Part shown: in pieces, positions 1 through 11,690 of the stretch
Position numbering within the stretch: position 1 is the stretch's first letter
Layout: each line of letters opens with the position of its first letter
NCBI RefSeq assembly: GCF_963921235.1
Contig: NC_086108.1
Location: 105,526,001 to 105,590,000 of the forward strand
From: Mobula hypostoma
Lineage: Eukaryota
Direction of reading: 5' to 3'
Length of the DNA stretch: 64,000 bases
Position numbers and translations under genes: made by a program
The notes under the pieces: generated by a model
Told to the model about the DNA's origin: nothing
The model's database searches: none
The model's input: the letters and a program-made list of their open reading frames with translations, nothing else

Positions 1-390
1 GAGGTCAGGCCGGAGCCAGCACAACCGCCATCGCTGGTGCTACGTAGATCACAGCGACGGACTCGACCGCCTGATAGACTTAACCTGTAAATATACTTGT
101 TTTAAATATTGTCAGTCACTTCACCCTGCGGGACTCTTTTTAAAAAAAGGAGGGGTGAATGTGGTAAACCATGTATATGTTGTAACTGGGTTACCTGTCT
201 GCACACACCCCTCTGCTGACTGCCCCTGTGGCTCCTCCCACAGAATCCTGTATAAAGGTGTTCGCCTTGCCCCTCCCCCTCAGTCCGGGGGCAGACACTC
301 ACTGTGGAGGTCGTATTGTACAGCGAATAAAAGCCTTTCAGTATTTTACCAAACCTCAGTCTTATGGAATTATTAATTGAAGGTGCTTCA
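1..390 (+). mobile_element. 3' end of a Gypsy-type LTR retrotransposon (pol C-terminus, polypurine tract, 231-bp 3' LTR at 160-390)
   Basis: Frame ends LRRSQRRTRPPDRLNL* (stop 88-90), the usual RRSxR..PxRL integrase tail. Purine tract AAAAAAAGGAGGGGTGAA lies just before TG at 160. TATAAA at 251, AATAAA at 326, CA end at 390 abutting Tc1 sequence. Confidence 0.8.
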
Positions 391-1497
391 AGTCTGATTG
401 CCAAAAAGCTCAATTTTAGTTTCATCAAACCATAGAACCTTCTTCCAGCTGACTTCAGAGTCTCCTACATACCTACTGGAAAACTGTAGCAAGATTTCAT
501 GTGAGTTTTTAATCAGTGGCTTTCTCTTTGCCACTCTCCCATAAAGCCATGACTGGTGAAGCACCCGGACAACAGTTGTTGTGTGTGCAGTCTCTCCCAT
601 CTCAGCCAGAGTTGTCACAGTCTCTTAGTGGCCTCCCTCCCTAGCCCCCTTCTTGCACGGTCACTCAGTTTTTGAGGATGGCCTGCTGTAGACAGATCTA
701 CAGCTGTTCCATATTCTTTCCATTTCTTGATGATTTATTTAATTGTACTCCAAGGGATATTCAGTGACTTGGAAATTTTCTTGTATCCATCGCCTGACTT
801 GTGGTTTTCAATAACCTTTTTGCAGAGTTGATTGGAATGTTCTTTTGACTTTATGATGTTGTTTTTGCCAGGATATTGACTCAACAGCAGCTAGACCTTT
901 AAATTTTACTACAATCCTTGACTGCACACAGGTCTCCAGAAACAGATCTCCATTTAACTAATTATGTGACTTCTATGTGAGTTCTTCCCCAGGGCACCAC
1001 TACTCAATACAAGGGGACATGGCTTTAAGGTAATGAGTGGGAAATTCAAGGGGGAAGGTTTTTTACTCAGAGAGTGGTTGGTGCGTGGAATGCACTGCCT
1101 GCGTCAGTGGTGGGGGCAGATACACTCGTGAAGTTTAAGAGACTACTAGACAGGTATATGGAGGAATTTAAGGTGGGGGGTTATATGGGAGGTAGGGTTT
1201 GAGGGTCGGCACAACATTGTGGGCCGAAGGGCCTGTACTGTGCTGTACTATTCTATGTTCTATGTTCTATGTAAAACCAATTGATTGCACCAATGATGAT
1301 TTGGTGTGTCATATTAAAGGGGGTGAATACTTATGCAATCAATTATTTTGTGTTTTATATGTGTAGTTAATGCTGACCACTTTGTTGAGATCTGTTTTCA
1401 GTTTGACACGAAAGAGTCTTTTTCTGTTGATCTGTGTCAAAAAAGTCAAATTAAATCCAATGTGATTCAACGTTATAAAACATGGAAACTTTTAAGT
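391..1497 (-). mobile_element. Decayed Tc1-family DNA transposon (N-terminal half of transposase plus long TIR), split by a CR1 tail at ~975-1272
   Basis: ORF 388-618(-) gives GRVAKRKPL...WKKVLWFDETKIELFG, the first D of Tc1 DDE. AAGGGGGGTGAATACTTATGCA near 1318 resembles a Tc1 IR/DR site. Confidence 0.85.
975..1272 (+). mobile_element. CR1 LINE 3' end
   Basis: TRGHGFK..FTQRVVGAWNALP coding tail, GGGCCGAAGGGCCTG 3'UTR and (TTCTATG)n tail. Confidence 0.85.
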
Positions 1498-2885
1498 GGG
1501 CTGATGGTAGTTATATACAGGCCTCCCAACAGTAGTTGGGATGTGGACCACAGATTACAACAGGAAATAGACAAGGTGTGTCTAAAGAGTAATGTTATGA
1601 TAGTCATGGGAGATTTCAACATGAAGGTCAAATGGGAAAATTAAGTTGGTGATGGATCTCAAGAGTGAGTTTGTTGAATGCCAAAGAGATGGTTTTTTAG
1701 AGCAGTTTGTCGTTGAGCCTATTAGGGGATCAGCTATACTGGACTGGGTGTGATGTAATGAATCAGACGTGATTAGGGAGCCTAAGGTAAAAGAACGCTT
1801 AAGAGGCAGTGATCACAATATGATTGAGTTCAACTTGAAATTTGAAAAGGAAAAGGTAGGGTATGACAGTACTTCAGTGGAATAAAGGAAATTACAGTGG
1901 TATGAGAGGAGAAAGTAAATTAGAAGGAGATGCTGGCAGGGATGAGAGCAGAGCAGCAAAGGTGAGTTGCTGGGAAAAATGAGGAAAGTACAGGATGGAT
2001 GTATTCCAAAAATGAAGAAAAAATCAAATGGCAAAATAGTACAACTGTGGCTGACAAGGAAAGTCAAAGCTAATGTGAAAACAAAAGAGAGGCATACAAC
2101 AAAGCAAAAATCAGCAGGAAGATAGAGGATTAGGAAGCTTTTAAAAACCTACAGAGAGCAACTAAAAGAATCATTAGAAGGGAAACAATGAAATATGAAA
2201 GCAAGTTAGCAAACAATATCAAAGTGGATAGTAATAGATTTTTCAAGTATGTAAAAAATAAGGAAAATGAGAGTGGATATAGAACCGTTAGAAAATGAGG
2301 CAGAAGAAATAATAGCAGGGGATAAGGAGATGGCAGACGAACTGAGTATTTTGCATCAGTCTTCACTATGGAAGATGCTAGCCATGAGCCAGATATTGAA
2401 AGGTTTGAGGGAAGAGAAGTGAATGCAGTTACTACTACAAGGGAGAAGGTGCTCAGAAAACTGAAAGACCTAAGGGTACATAAGTCAACTGGACAAGATG
2501 AACTGCACCCTATGGTTCTGAAAGAGGTAGTGATAGAGAGTGTGGAGGCATTAGCAAAGATTTTTCAAAAATCCTTAGGCTCTGGCATGGTGCCAAAGGA
2601 CTGGAATGTTGCAAATCTCACTTCACTCTTCAAGGAAGAGTGCAAGAAGACAAATATAGACCAGTTAGCCTGACCTCGGTGGTTGTGAAGATGTTGGAGT
2701 CAATTGGTAAGGATGAAGTTATGGAGAATTTGATGACACAGTACAAGACAGGACAATGTCAGCATGGTTTCCTTAAGGGAAAACCTTGCTTGAAGAATTT
2801 GCTGGAATTCTTTGAGGAGATTACAAGTAGGATATCTAAAGGGGATATAATGGATGATGCTGCTTAACAAATTAAGAGCCCAGAA
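1498..2885 (+). mobile_element. Old CR1 ORF2 fragment (APE endonuclease to start of RT)
   Basis: VIYRPP, MGDFN, SDH-like, YRPVSLTS and QHGFLKGK motifs with many stops and frameshifts. Confidence 0.9.
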
Positions 2886-2887
2886 AG

Positions 2888-3750
2888 GATGTGTCATCTG
2901 CATACTTTGCCACAAAGCCATCAATTCCATTATCCAAATTATTGACAAACAATGTGAAAAGTAGTGGTCCCAATACTGACCCCTGAAGAACACCACCAGT
3001 CACTTGCAGCCATCCAGGAAAGGCCCCCTTTATTCTCATTTGCTGCCTCCTGCCTGTCAGCCATTCCTCTATCCATGCCAGTATCTTTCCTGTAATGGCA
3101 TAGAGATTTACCTTGTTGAGCATCCTCATGTGTGGCACCTTATCAAATGCCTTCTGAAAACCCGAGTAAGTGATATCAACTGCTTCTCCTTTGTCCACAT
3201 TGCTTGTTACTTTCTCAAAGAACTCTAGCAGATTTGTTAGGCAAAATTTATGCTTCTCTCCCTCCTAAACTGTAGTATGAATTCTATCATATTATGATTA
3301 CTGCCTCCTAAGGGTACCTTTACATTAAGTTCCCTAATTTGATCTGGGTTATTACGCAACACCCAATCTAAGATAGCCTTTCCCCGTCAACAAATTCCCT
3401 CTCTTGTGATCTGACACTAACCTGATTCTCCCAATCCCATTGAATAAAGTCCACCATTACAATTCTGTCATTATCCTTATTACATACATTTTCCAGCTCC
3501 CTGTGCAATCTCAACCCCACATCCTGGCTACAATTTGGAAGCCTATATATGATTCCCATGATGGTTTTTTTTTGCCCTTGGAGTTTCTTTTCTCCACCCA
3601 CAAAGATTCCACATTCTCTGACCCTATGTCACCTCTTTCTAAAGATGTAATTCCATCTTTTACCAACAGAACCACACCACTGCCTGTCCTTTCGATACAA
3701 AGTATATCCTTTGATGTTAAGCTCCCAACTATGGCCTTCTTTCAGATAGA
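2888..3750 (-). mobile_element. Old, internally deleted CR1 ORF2 fragment
   Basis: FQKAFDKVPH, QGSVLGPLLF and KYADDT (ORF 2872-3198); endonuclease remnant (ORF 3368-3601). Confidence 0.9.
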
Positions 3751-4259
3751 TTGATAACAGGGTAGATTGTGAGGTCAAGAGACAATTTAATTATACGATG
3801 GAACCATTTAAATTTCTTATATCTTTCTTATTGTAATTTATAGTTACCTGATGTACTTACACCGTGCTGCAGCTACAGAACAACATATTTCACATTTCTC
3901 AGTGATGTTATATCCAAGTGTGATTCTGACTCAGCACATTTTGTGGACATGAATGGATGATGGATTAAATAGGCAGGCTGATAAACACATTTGAACTTTT
4001 CATAATTGACATTTTCTGGAACTAATTCCTGAAGAACTAGCGGAGTTAGGCTCAAGAGGTGTCACACAAGATTAGTGTGCGAAAGCAAGTTTATCAGTTG
4101 GTAGACAACGTTGTTGAACAGAGCTGCTGCACTGTTGGGTTTCAAGAAAGATGTGGACCTTGGACTAAGAATTTAGCCTTAACAATGGCATCATCCGTGG
4201 ACGATAATAATGAACATCTCTTTTGAACTGTCTGTGGTGAGGAATCTGCCAGAGTATTA

Positions 4260-5205
4260 GAACATAGAATGGAAAACAGTAGAACAGTATAGCACAGGAA
4301 CGGGTGCTTGGGCCCACAATGTCGTGCTGAACCAAACAAATTGATAATCAAATATCCATCTAAACTAATCCTTTCTGTTTACACAATGTCCAAATCCTTC
4401 CATTTTCCTCACCGTCTCTCTGAAGGTTCAGAGATTCATTGTAATATCACAGTATGCATGTAGAATATAATGCTGAAATTTTTATTCTGCTGATAGCCAT
4501 GAAATACAGGAAAACCATAGTAGCAGTTGAAGGAAGGGTTTCAATTCCAACTCCCACCCCCACTACATGAATAGAAAAACAAACAAGAACTCACAAACCT
4601 CAAACATTCCCCCCCCAACCCACAAAAACTAGCAGATCACCCATCTCCCAACCCACTGAACATTTCTAACAATCCGTAATGTATCTCCTGTCTTATGGTC
4701 TGCCCCAGAGAGCGCATTCCTGGCAACCACCGCTCGGGTTAAAAAAAAACTGCCCCCCACATCTCCTTTGAAATAACCCCTCTTACCTTAAAGGCATGTC
4801 CTCTGGTGTTAGACATTTCAACCCTGGGGAAAAGATACTGTCTATCTCCTCTATCTGTGCCTCTCATAATCTTTTAAACCCTGTCAGATCTCCCCTTAGC
4901 CTCTGCCGCTCCAAAGAAAACAACCCAAGTTGATCCATCCCCTCTAATAACACATGCCCTCTAATCCAGGCAACATCCTGGTAAACCTCTTCTTCACCCT
5001 CTGCAAACCCTCAACATCCTTCTTATAATGAGGCAACCAGAACTGTACGCAATACTCCAGATGAGGCCTAACTAGGGTTTTATAAAGCTGCACCATACCC
5101 TCCTGACTTTTGAACTCAGTGCCTGAACTAATAAACGCAAGCATGCAATATGTCTTCTTAACTACTCCATCAACCTGTGTAGCTATCTTCAGGGAGACAC
5201 GAACT
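4260..5205 (-). mobile_element. CR1 3' portion, interrupted at ~4420-4660 by another repeat tail
   Basis: LYKTLVRPHLEYCVQFW (ORF 4944-5144); CR1 3'UTR and tail at 4260-4410. Confidence 0.8.
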
Positions 5206-5441
5206 TAAAATAATGAGCATTGTTGTGCAACATGTTCTCAGATTTATGCCCAGTAATGATGAAGGAATAATGAGATACTTACAAGCCAGGAAAATGTGTG
5301 ATTAACTTCCTACCGTCAAGCTGCATGTGGTAGGCATACATCTACAAGTTTAACCCATCTATGAAATTGTTCAGCAAAGTGTGTTACGTTAAAGGTAGTT
5401 GCAGGAGCCATACATCTGTTTTCTATCTGCATTGTATTCTG

Positions 5442-5693
5442 TGTTGTGTGTTTACTATGTTTATTAAGGAATCTAGTCACATGAGTGGGAGGGGGGGTGG
5501 TAGAATCAAAGAGTTTAGCTACATAATTGTGGTTTGTTCTGGGCAGCTTGGCGCTGGGGACTGACTGATATCATATCTTTTGTTGATCACATAATTATGC
5601 TTAATCTCACTTAATTGCTTCGCTTCATGATTGTATGCCTTGCTAGTTGCTAATAAAGGATTGAATACAGTTCTTTGATTCTGTAGAACATCA
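5442..5693 (+). repeat. Possible short solo LTR
   Basis: TGTTGT...ACATCA ends with AATAAA about 40 bp before the end; no clean TSD. Confidence 0.3.
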
Positions 5694-6088
5694 TTACTGG
5701 TGTGATTGGAGGGTGCAAGGATAACAGTCTGTCCTAGGTCACCAGCAGTGGTGATTTGTTGGAATTGACCACTACCGTAGATAGAAGTTAATTAAACCTA
5801 TTGTGCACTTGTGTTTTTTTTACACAGAGCATAACGGGTGGGTAGAACACACTGCCAGGGGTGGTGATGGAGGCAGATACATAAGAGGGATTTTAAAAAC
5901 TCTTAGATAGGCATATGGATGCTCGGAAAATAGAGGGCTAATGACAGCTAAGGGGTAGGTGTATCTTAGAGTGGGTAAAGAGTAGGCACATTGTGGGCTG
6001 AATGGCCTGATCTAGGATCTATGCACTGAGATGCAGTGCTTTGTATGCTATCCATTTCACTACTTCAGTGCATTGAGTTATGACAAGG

Positions 6089-6712
6089 CAGACATCCCAC
6101 CCTGCAAAAACTCACTTCAGGGAGGTAGCACCATCAATTTGCAGGAGACTTCCGGGAGAGATGGAATGTCTGCAATAGAGTAGCTCCTTAGCAGCTAACC
6201 AGCTAGTTTAAATAACGTTAGTTGTGCTAATGAACAAATGACACCTGTTAAACTCACCTCAACATGTCTTTTACAGTCTTAACCCACCATGGGCAATAGA
6301 AAAGTCACTGTTGCAAACAGCGCAGCGAGCAACACTGTCATTATTTTGACCCCTATTAGGCAGGGATACTCTTTAGTGTAGTCTGGGGCGACGTACGTTT
6401 TATATTTTTTTGGAACACTCTGCCATGGAGCGCTGTCGTGCTCTCTCTCTCTCTCGCTCGCGCGCTCTCGCTTGCTTTCTCCCGCGCTCTCTCGCTCACG
6501 TGCTCTCGCTTGCTTTCTCTCTCGCGCTCTCACTCTCTCTCGTGCGCGCGCGCGCTCTCTCGTGGTCGCTCTCGCGCTCTCTCTTGCTTTCTCTCCCCGC
6601 TCGCTCTCAAAAAGATTGATTTCCGCGATCTTGTATATCATTTGCGGGCATCAGGGAGCCACTATTCATATGCGGGAGACTCCCGGAACTTCCGGGAGAG
6701 GTAGGATGTCTG
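6089..6712 (-). mobile_element. Non-autonomous hAT-like DNA transposon with BED zinc-finger remnant
   Basis: TIRs CAGACATCCCACC / GGTAGGATGTCTG; direct repeat ACAAGG at 6083-6088 and 6713-6718. Minus strand, across frameshifts, reads ARCAVCNSDFSIAHGG..DCKRHVE followed by GTGAGT. Confidence 0.8.
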
Positions 6713-6769
6713 ACAAGGAAAAAGCAATAACAGAATGCAGAGTAGAATCACGACTAGGGAAAATGGTGA

Positions 6770-7215
6770 GACCATAAGACATAGGATAAGAATTAGGCCA
6801 TTTGGCGCATCAAGGTTGCTCCACCATTCTATCATGGCTAATTCATTTTCCCATCCTTCTGCCTTCTCCCTGTAATCTTCGACACCCTTACTAATCAAGA
6901 ACCTATCAAACTCCGCTTTAAGTATACCAGAAGACTTGGCCTTCACAGCCGTCAGTGGCAATGAATTCCATGGAATCACCACCCTAAAGAAACAATTCTC
7001 AACTCTATTCTAAAAGGATGTCCCTCTATTCCGAGGCTGTGCTTTCTGGTCCTAGACTCTCCCACCATAAAAAACATCCACTCCATACACGCTGAATATA
7101 GGCGTTTCAACATTTGATAGGATTCAATGAGATCTCCCTTCATTTTCCTAAACTCCAGTGAGTACAGGCCAGAGACTTCAAATGCTCCTTATACATCAAC
7201 CCTTTCATTCCCATG
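6770..7215 (-). mobile_element. CR1 3' fragment
   Basis: WNSLP..AVKAKSSGILKAEFDRFL coding tail and CATAAGAC-type tail. Confidence 0.85.
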
Positions 7216-7419
7216 AGTTTAGGCTTTCTGGTGCTGAATTGGAATTCAAGATTCAATGGATAAAGAAAATTTGCATTTTTATTTCCAGTTCCATTACCCG
7301 GTGAGGGTAAGAGGGCACCCTTTAGTTTGATGGAAGATTGAGGATCTGCTGTCACAAGTAATGCGGTGACCATTTATGGCATTCCAGTCCCCCTTTTTCC
7401 TAACGTCTCTTCCAGTCAA

Positions 7420-7930
7420 AGTCAAAATAAGTCAAAGTTAACTTATTTCCAAAATACATATACTGTATGTTACCATGTACTACCTTGAGATTTATTTTCT
7501 TACAGGAAAGTAAAGAAATACAATCTAATTTACGAAAAGCTGTACATAAACAGAGACTGACAATGCGCAAAAGAAGAGAAAATTATGCAATTAAATAGAT
7601 AAATACATACATACATACTTAGATAATATTGAGAATTTGAGATGTAGAGTCCTTGAAAGTGAGGCTATAGGTTGTGGAGTCAGTTCAGTGATGAGGTGAA
7701 TGAAGTTATCAATGCCAATTTAGGTTCCAGATGGTTGAAAGGTAATAAATCTACCTGGACCTGTTGGTGTGGGACCTAAGGCCCCTGTACCTCCTTCCCA
7801 ATGGCAGCAGTGAGATGAGATCATGACTGAATGGTGGGCTGCTTTCTTGTGGCAATGCTCCATGTAAATGTACTCAGTGGTAGGGAGGGTTTTGCCTGTG
7901 ACAGACAGGGCTGTATCCACCACTTTTGTG
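7420..7930 (-). mobile_element. Rex1/Babar LINE 3' fragment
   Basis: VDTALSVTGKTLPT..IYMEHCHKKAA C-terminal motif followed by an AT-rich 3'UTR and short-repeat tail. Confidence 0.7.
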
Positions 7931-8004
7931 TCACATACATCTCTTCTGAATGAGGAAAGTTCGGGCTGCTATCTGCACTTGCAAACTGACATATTACCTT
8001 ATTG

Positions 8005-8152
8005 CAAACAACAGGAATTCTGCAGATGCTGGAAATTCAAGCAACACACATCAAAGTTGCTGGTGAACGCAGCAGGCCAAGCAGCATCTATAGGAAGAGG
8101 CGCAGTCGACGTTTCAGGCCGAGACTCTTCGTCGGGACTAACTGAAGGAAGA
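8005..8152 (-). mobile_element. Short Penelope terminal (pLTR) insertion with a mutated hammerhead at 8103-8140
   Basis: Matches the 3' terminus of the Penelope copy at 56040-57085. 14-bp TSD ATATTACCTTATTG at 7991-8004 and 8153-8166. Core reads CCGACGA instead of CTGACGA. Confidence 0.9.
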
Positions 8153-8359
8153 ATATTACCTTATTGTTTGGATTATGTGTTGACAACACAGTTCTAAATC
8201 ATCTTCCCTTTGTTGATTGTCACTCCAAGACTCTTGAAGTTGTGAAGAGGAAGGTGTGTATCACCCTCTGTGAATATTCCCTGTATCCTGTTATCAATGC
8301 TGCAATGCTCGTATTATTTCTGACCATGTCATGCCACACTATTGGGTTCAGACAGAGTT

Positions 8360-8700
8360 TCATCATCATCATCATTATGTGCCGATTTGTATGACGTGGG
8401 CGATCAGTGCCTCCATGACCATGATTGTTCTTGGCAAATTTTTCTACAGAAGTGGTTTGCCATTTCCTTCTTCTGAGCAGAGATGTTACAAGATGGATGA
8501 CCTCAGCTATTATAAATGGTCTTCAGAGATTGTCTGCCTGGCGTCAGTGGTCGCATAACCAGGACTTGTGTTATGCACCGGCTGCCCATACGACCATCCA
8601 CCACCAGGTGCTACACCTTGCCAAATGGTGGCCTGCAGGTTAGCGGAGGGAGGAGCTATTACACCTCCTTTGGTAGTCAAATATCCCCACCCCACCACAC
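8360..8700 (-). mobile_element. Short non-autonomous RTE-related retroelement
   Basis: Homologous to 40740-41075. Contains the ATGGCAAACCAC motif, an RTE-like end ATCGCCCACGTCATAC..GGCACATAA and an (ATG)n tail. Confidence 0.6.
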
Positions 8701-8734
8701 CAAAGATAAATTATGTAATAATAATAACAATAAC

Positions 8735-9885
8735 ATTTTCAGTACACCTATTCTTTTGGCATAATATCTTGGTCTGAAACTGATCTCGAAAATTTACAAA
8801 GAAAAATTGGAACTGAAACAACAAATTTCAGAAAACATTATGAACTTTCGAATGTATTTAGATTAATACTACCTAGGACAGGAGGGGGGAAGAGGAATAA
8901 CAGACATTAAAAATCTACTCAACAGTCAGATACAACTTCCAAGGATGTACTTTCATCAATGAAAACTGGAATCAGCACTCCATGCAAGCAAATGCAATTC
9001 TGATAAGAAGTATACACTACTAAACTTAAATGAGAGCACAACCCAGAAAAATGAAGAGATTATCACTACTGAAGAAAAAGTTAACCAGTGGAAGAGCATG
9101 ACCCTCCATGGAAGACATCCCCATAACCTGAGCAGACTAGATGTCGACAAGGAAGTGTCAAGTGCCGGGCTCAAAGTTGGAGACCTCTTCCCAGAAACAG
9201 AAGGATTTCTTGTGGCAATACAAAAAGTTATCAAAAATGCATAATAGACCAACAAATTCAAGATGATAAATGTAGAAAATGCAGAGAAAAACCAGAAACA
9301 AAACCAGGAACTACAAGATCCCGTAGCAGTTCAACTCAATCAAACACAAGCACAATCAAGTGTCAAACATTATTCATCAAGATCTTGCTTTAAAATACAA
9401 ATTCATGTGTAATCACACCATCCTATAAATACAGGCCTGATCCAGTTTTAGAGTCAGAATACCCCAAATTGTATTATGACTGATCAGCTATTACAGATAG
9501 GACAATCCATAATAACCATCTAGATATAATAATACAGGATCAACAGGCAGAAACAACTATAGCCATTCCAAACACACATAACAAAGAGAAATTAATAAGT
9601 TAAAAAAACAGAAATACGCTGAATTAAAAGAGGAAATTGAAAGACTAGGGAACATGAACAGGGTATACATTGTCCCGATATTATTACCTACAACTGCCAT
9701 CATCCCAGAGGCACTAAACAATAGCATTAAACAATTAGGGCTACACAGCAATATTTACATAAATCTTCAGATAGCCACAATACTAAACACCACTAGAATA
9801 GTCCGAAAGTTCTGAGCAATTGAGAAATGAGTGTGCTTGTCTATGCCTCCACCTCAGGTTTTACCAGCTTGAGCTGAGAAAAAAT
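8735..9885 (+). mobile_element. R4/Dong-like non-LTR retrotransposon, 5'-truncated, with restriction-like endonuclease
   Basis: Fragments read YSFGIISW.ETDL, LPRTGGGRGI, LHGRHP, LFPETEGFLVAIQ, DKCRKCREKPET, TDRTIHNN, KYAELKEEIERL and ATILNTTRIVRKF. Flanked by (TAA)n-like tracts. Confidence 0.85.
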
Positions 9886-10220
9886 AAAAATACAATAACA
9901 ATAATAACTTTATTTATGGAGCACCTTTTCATAGAGACGGTCCAGTTCAAAGTGCTTTACAATGGGATAAAGTGCAAACATGAAAATAGAAGACAAAATG
10001 ATGTTAGTTAAAACAAGATTAAATAAAAAAGGTTTTGAGTTGGTGCTTAAAAGTGTCAACCACGTCTACATCTCTTATTGTTTTAGATATAGAATTCCAT
10101 ATTTTTGGACCATACTAAAAAAAGCTGGCCTGCCAACTTTCTTTTAAGGGAGATTGTTTAAGTTTAAGAGACCAGTAAAAGACCACCTGAGCTCGAGCAA
10201 GATTATAAAACAAAAACGAT
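9886..10220 (-). mobile_element. L2 LINE 3' end; its (TTA)n tail is the R4 target
   Basis: Reverse strand reads TGTAAAGCACTTTGAAC..ATGAAAAGGTGCTCCATAAATAAAGTTATTATT, an L2-type terminus. Confidence 0.65.
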
Positions 10221-10224
10221 TCTG

Positions 10225-11010
10225 TGATTCACAGACATCCATGGAAAACAGGAGAACCCCAAAAGAATGAACAACAGAACAATGTTAGAACCCCAAATAC
10301 CCCACGTCCCCTCCTCCTCCCCCGTACAAGCAGCAGCAAGCATCAACACATCAACCCCCTCTTGCCTGTTTCAGCTAAGTATGTCAGGGCCACCACCCAC
10401 CAAGAAGCAGCCAAGTATCCCAAAGAGAGACCATGATCTGCAGTCAACAAAAGAACTATTGTTTACCCCACAGTTTGACATGCCACAGGCTCTCCCTCTC
10501 ATGAACAAGCGAGGGAGAGATATCACCCATTTTCACAGTGAAAGGGGAGACTGAGAGTCATTGTTAAAATATTACAGTCTTCCGCATCACTTTTATTCCA
10601 AGATTCTCCAACTTGAGAATTGGCAACAAATTCTCCCGCCGTTGAATGAAAGAGAGAGAGAGAGACTGTGATCTCTCGACCACAGAGACCTACATGTATC
10701 CTCTGCAGTGAAATTTTGATGTTCCATCTCCTGTAATGCCACAGTTGGCAACGCTGGCCCAGAAGGCTGCACCCCCGAGGCACCATCTTCCAAGCCACAC
10801 CAGGAGAATGTTGGAAAAAGGCCGGCCGATGAACTCAAGGAAGGGGAACTCATCTACCGTAAAAAAAAACAAAGTTTAAGTGCCACTTGCAGATCAGGAC
10901 CTCAACAGAATCCCAACCAACATGGAAAGGAAGAAAAAGAGACATTTAAGAGAGGAGCTTAAGCTGTTTGAGCTTGAAGAAGCAGCCACCTAGTGCCATT
11001 TTAACTCCGT
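10225..11010 (-). repeat. Non-coding interspersed repeat, probably a non-autonomous LINE derivative
   Basis: Starts on the minus strand with GGAGTTAAAATGGC, similar to the AAGATGGC start of the ~690-bp family; no coding motif. Confidence 0.35.
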
Positions 11011-11254
11011 CCACTTTTGCAATATTTCTCGAAAGTCAAAATGCTGCTCTAGTTACTTCATTCACGTGGGGTTTAAAATTCAAATCTGAATCAAAGATAT
11101 ATGTAGAATTATTCAGACACCGCAACAAAAGGCCATTTGACCCATTGAGTTCATACTAACTCATTGGAAAGTAATTATTTAGTTCATTGTCTTTCTCTTC
11201 CTCCCGTAGAATATTCTTCCTCAAGTGTGATCCAGTTTGCACCAATGAACGGAA

Positions 11255-11690
11255 GTTCAAAAGCCAAAATTCAAAGTAAATTTATTATTAAAGTATATAT
11301 ACATTACCATATACAGCACTGTGATTAATTTTTTGTGGCATATTCAAAAAATCGATATTATAATAATCATAACAGAATCAATGAAAGACCGTTCCAACTT
11401 GGACATTCAACCAGAGCGCAAAAGTCAACAAATTCAACAGATACTAAAAGGAAGAAAACAATAATAATAAATAAATGAACAATAAATTTTGAGAACATGA
11501 GATGAAGAGTCCTTGTAAGTGAGTCTTTTGGTTGTGGGAACCTTTCAGTGATGAGCCAAGTGAAGTTATCCTCTTTGGTTCAAGAGCCTGTTAGTTGAGG
11601 GGTAATAACCGTTCCTGAACCTGGTGGTGTGAGTCATAAGTCTTCAGTTCCTTCCTCCTGATTGCAGCAGCGAGAAGACAGCATGTCCTA
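11255..11690 (-). mobile_element. Rex1/Babar 3' fragment
   Basis: Reverse strand gives SLLQSGGRN..THTTRFRNGYYPST, plus 3'UTR and TTTGAA-type tail. Confidence 0.7.

Noticed and set aside
1498..3750. One CR1 with a twin-priming inversion
   Set aside because: The two parts overlap in ORF2 coordinates and differ in sequence, so they are separate insertions.
6279..6777. Arg/Glu-rich and Ser/Leu-rich ORFs
   Set aside because: These are translations of a (CT/CG)n low-complexity tract; only the short BED remnant is meaningful.
8103..8140. Active hammerhead
   Set aside because: The core is CCGACGA (U4 lost) and stem II has a mismatch.
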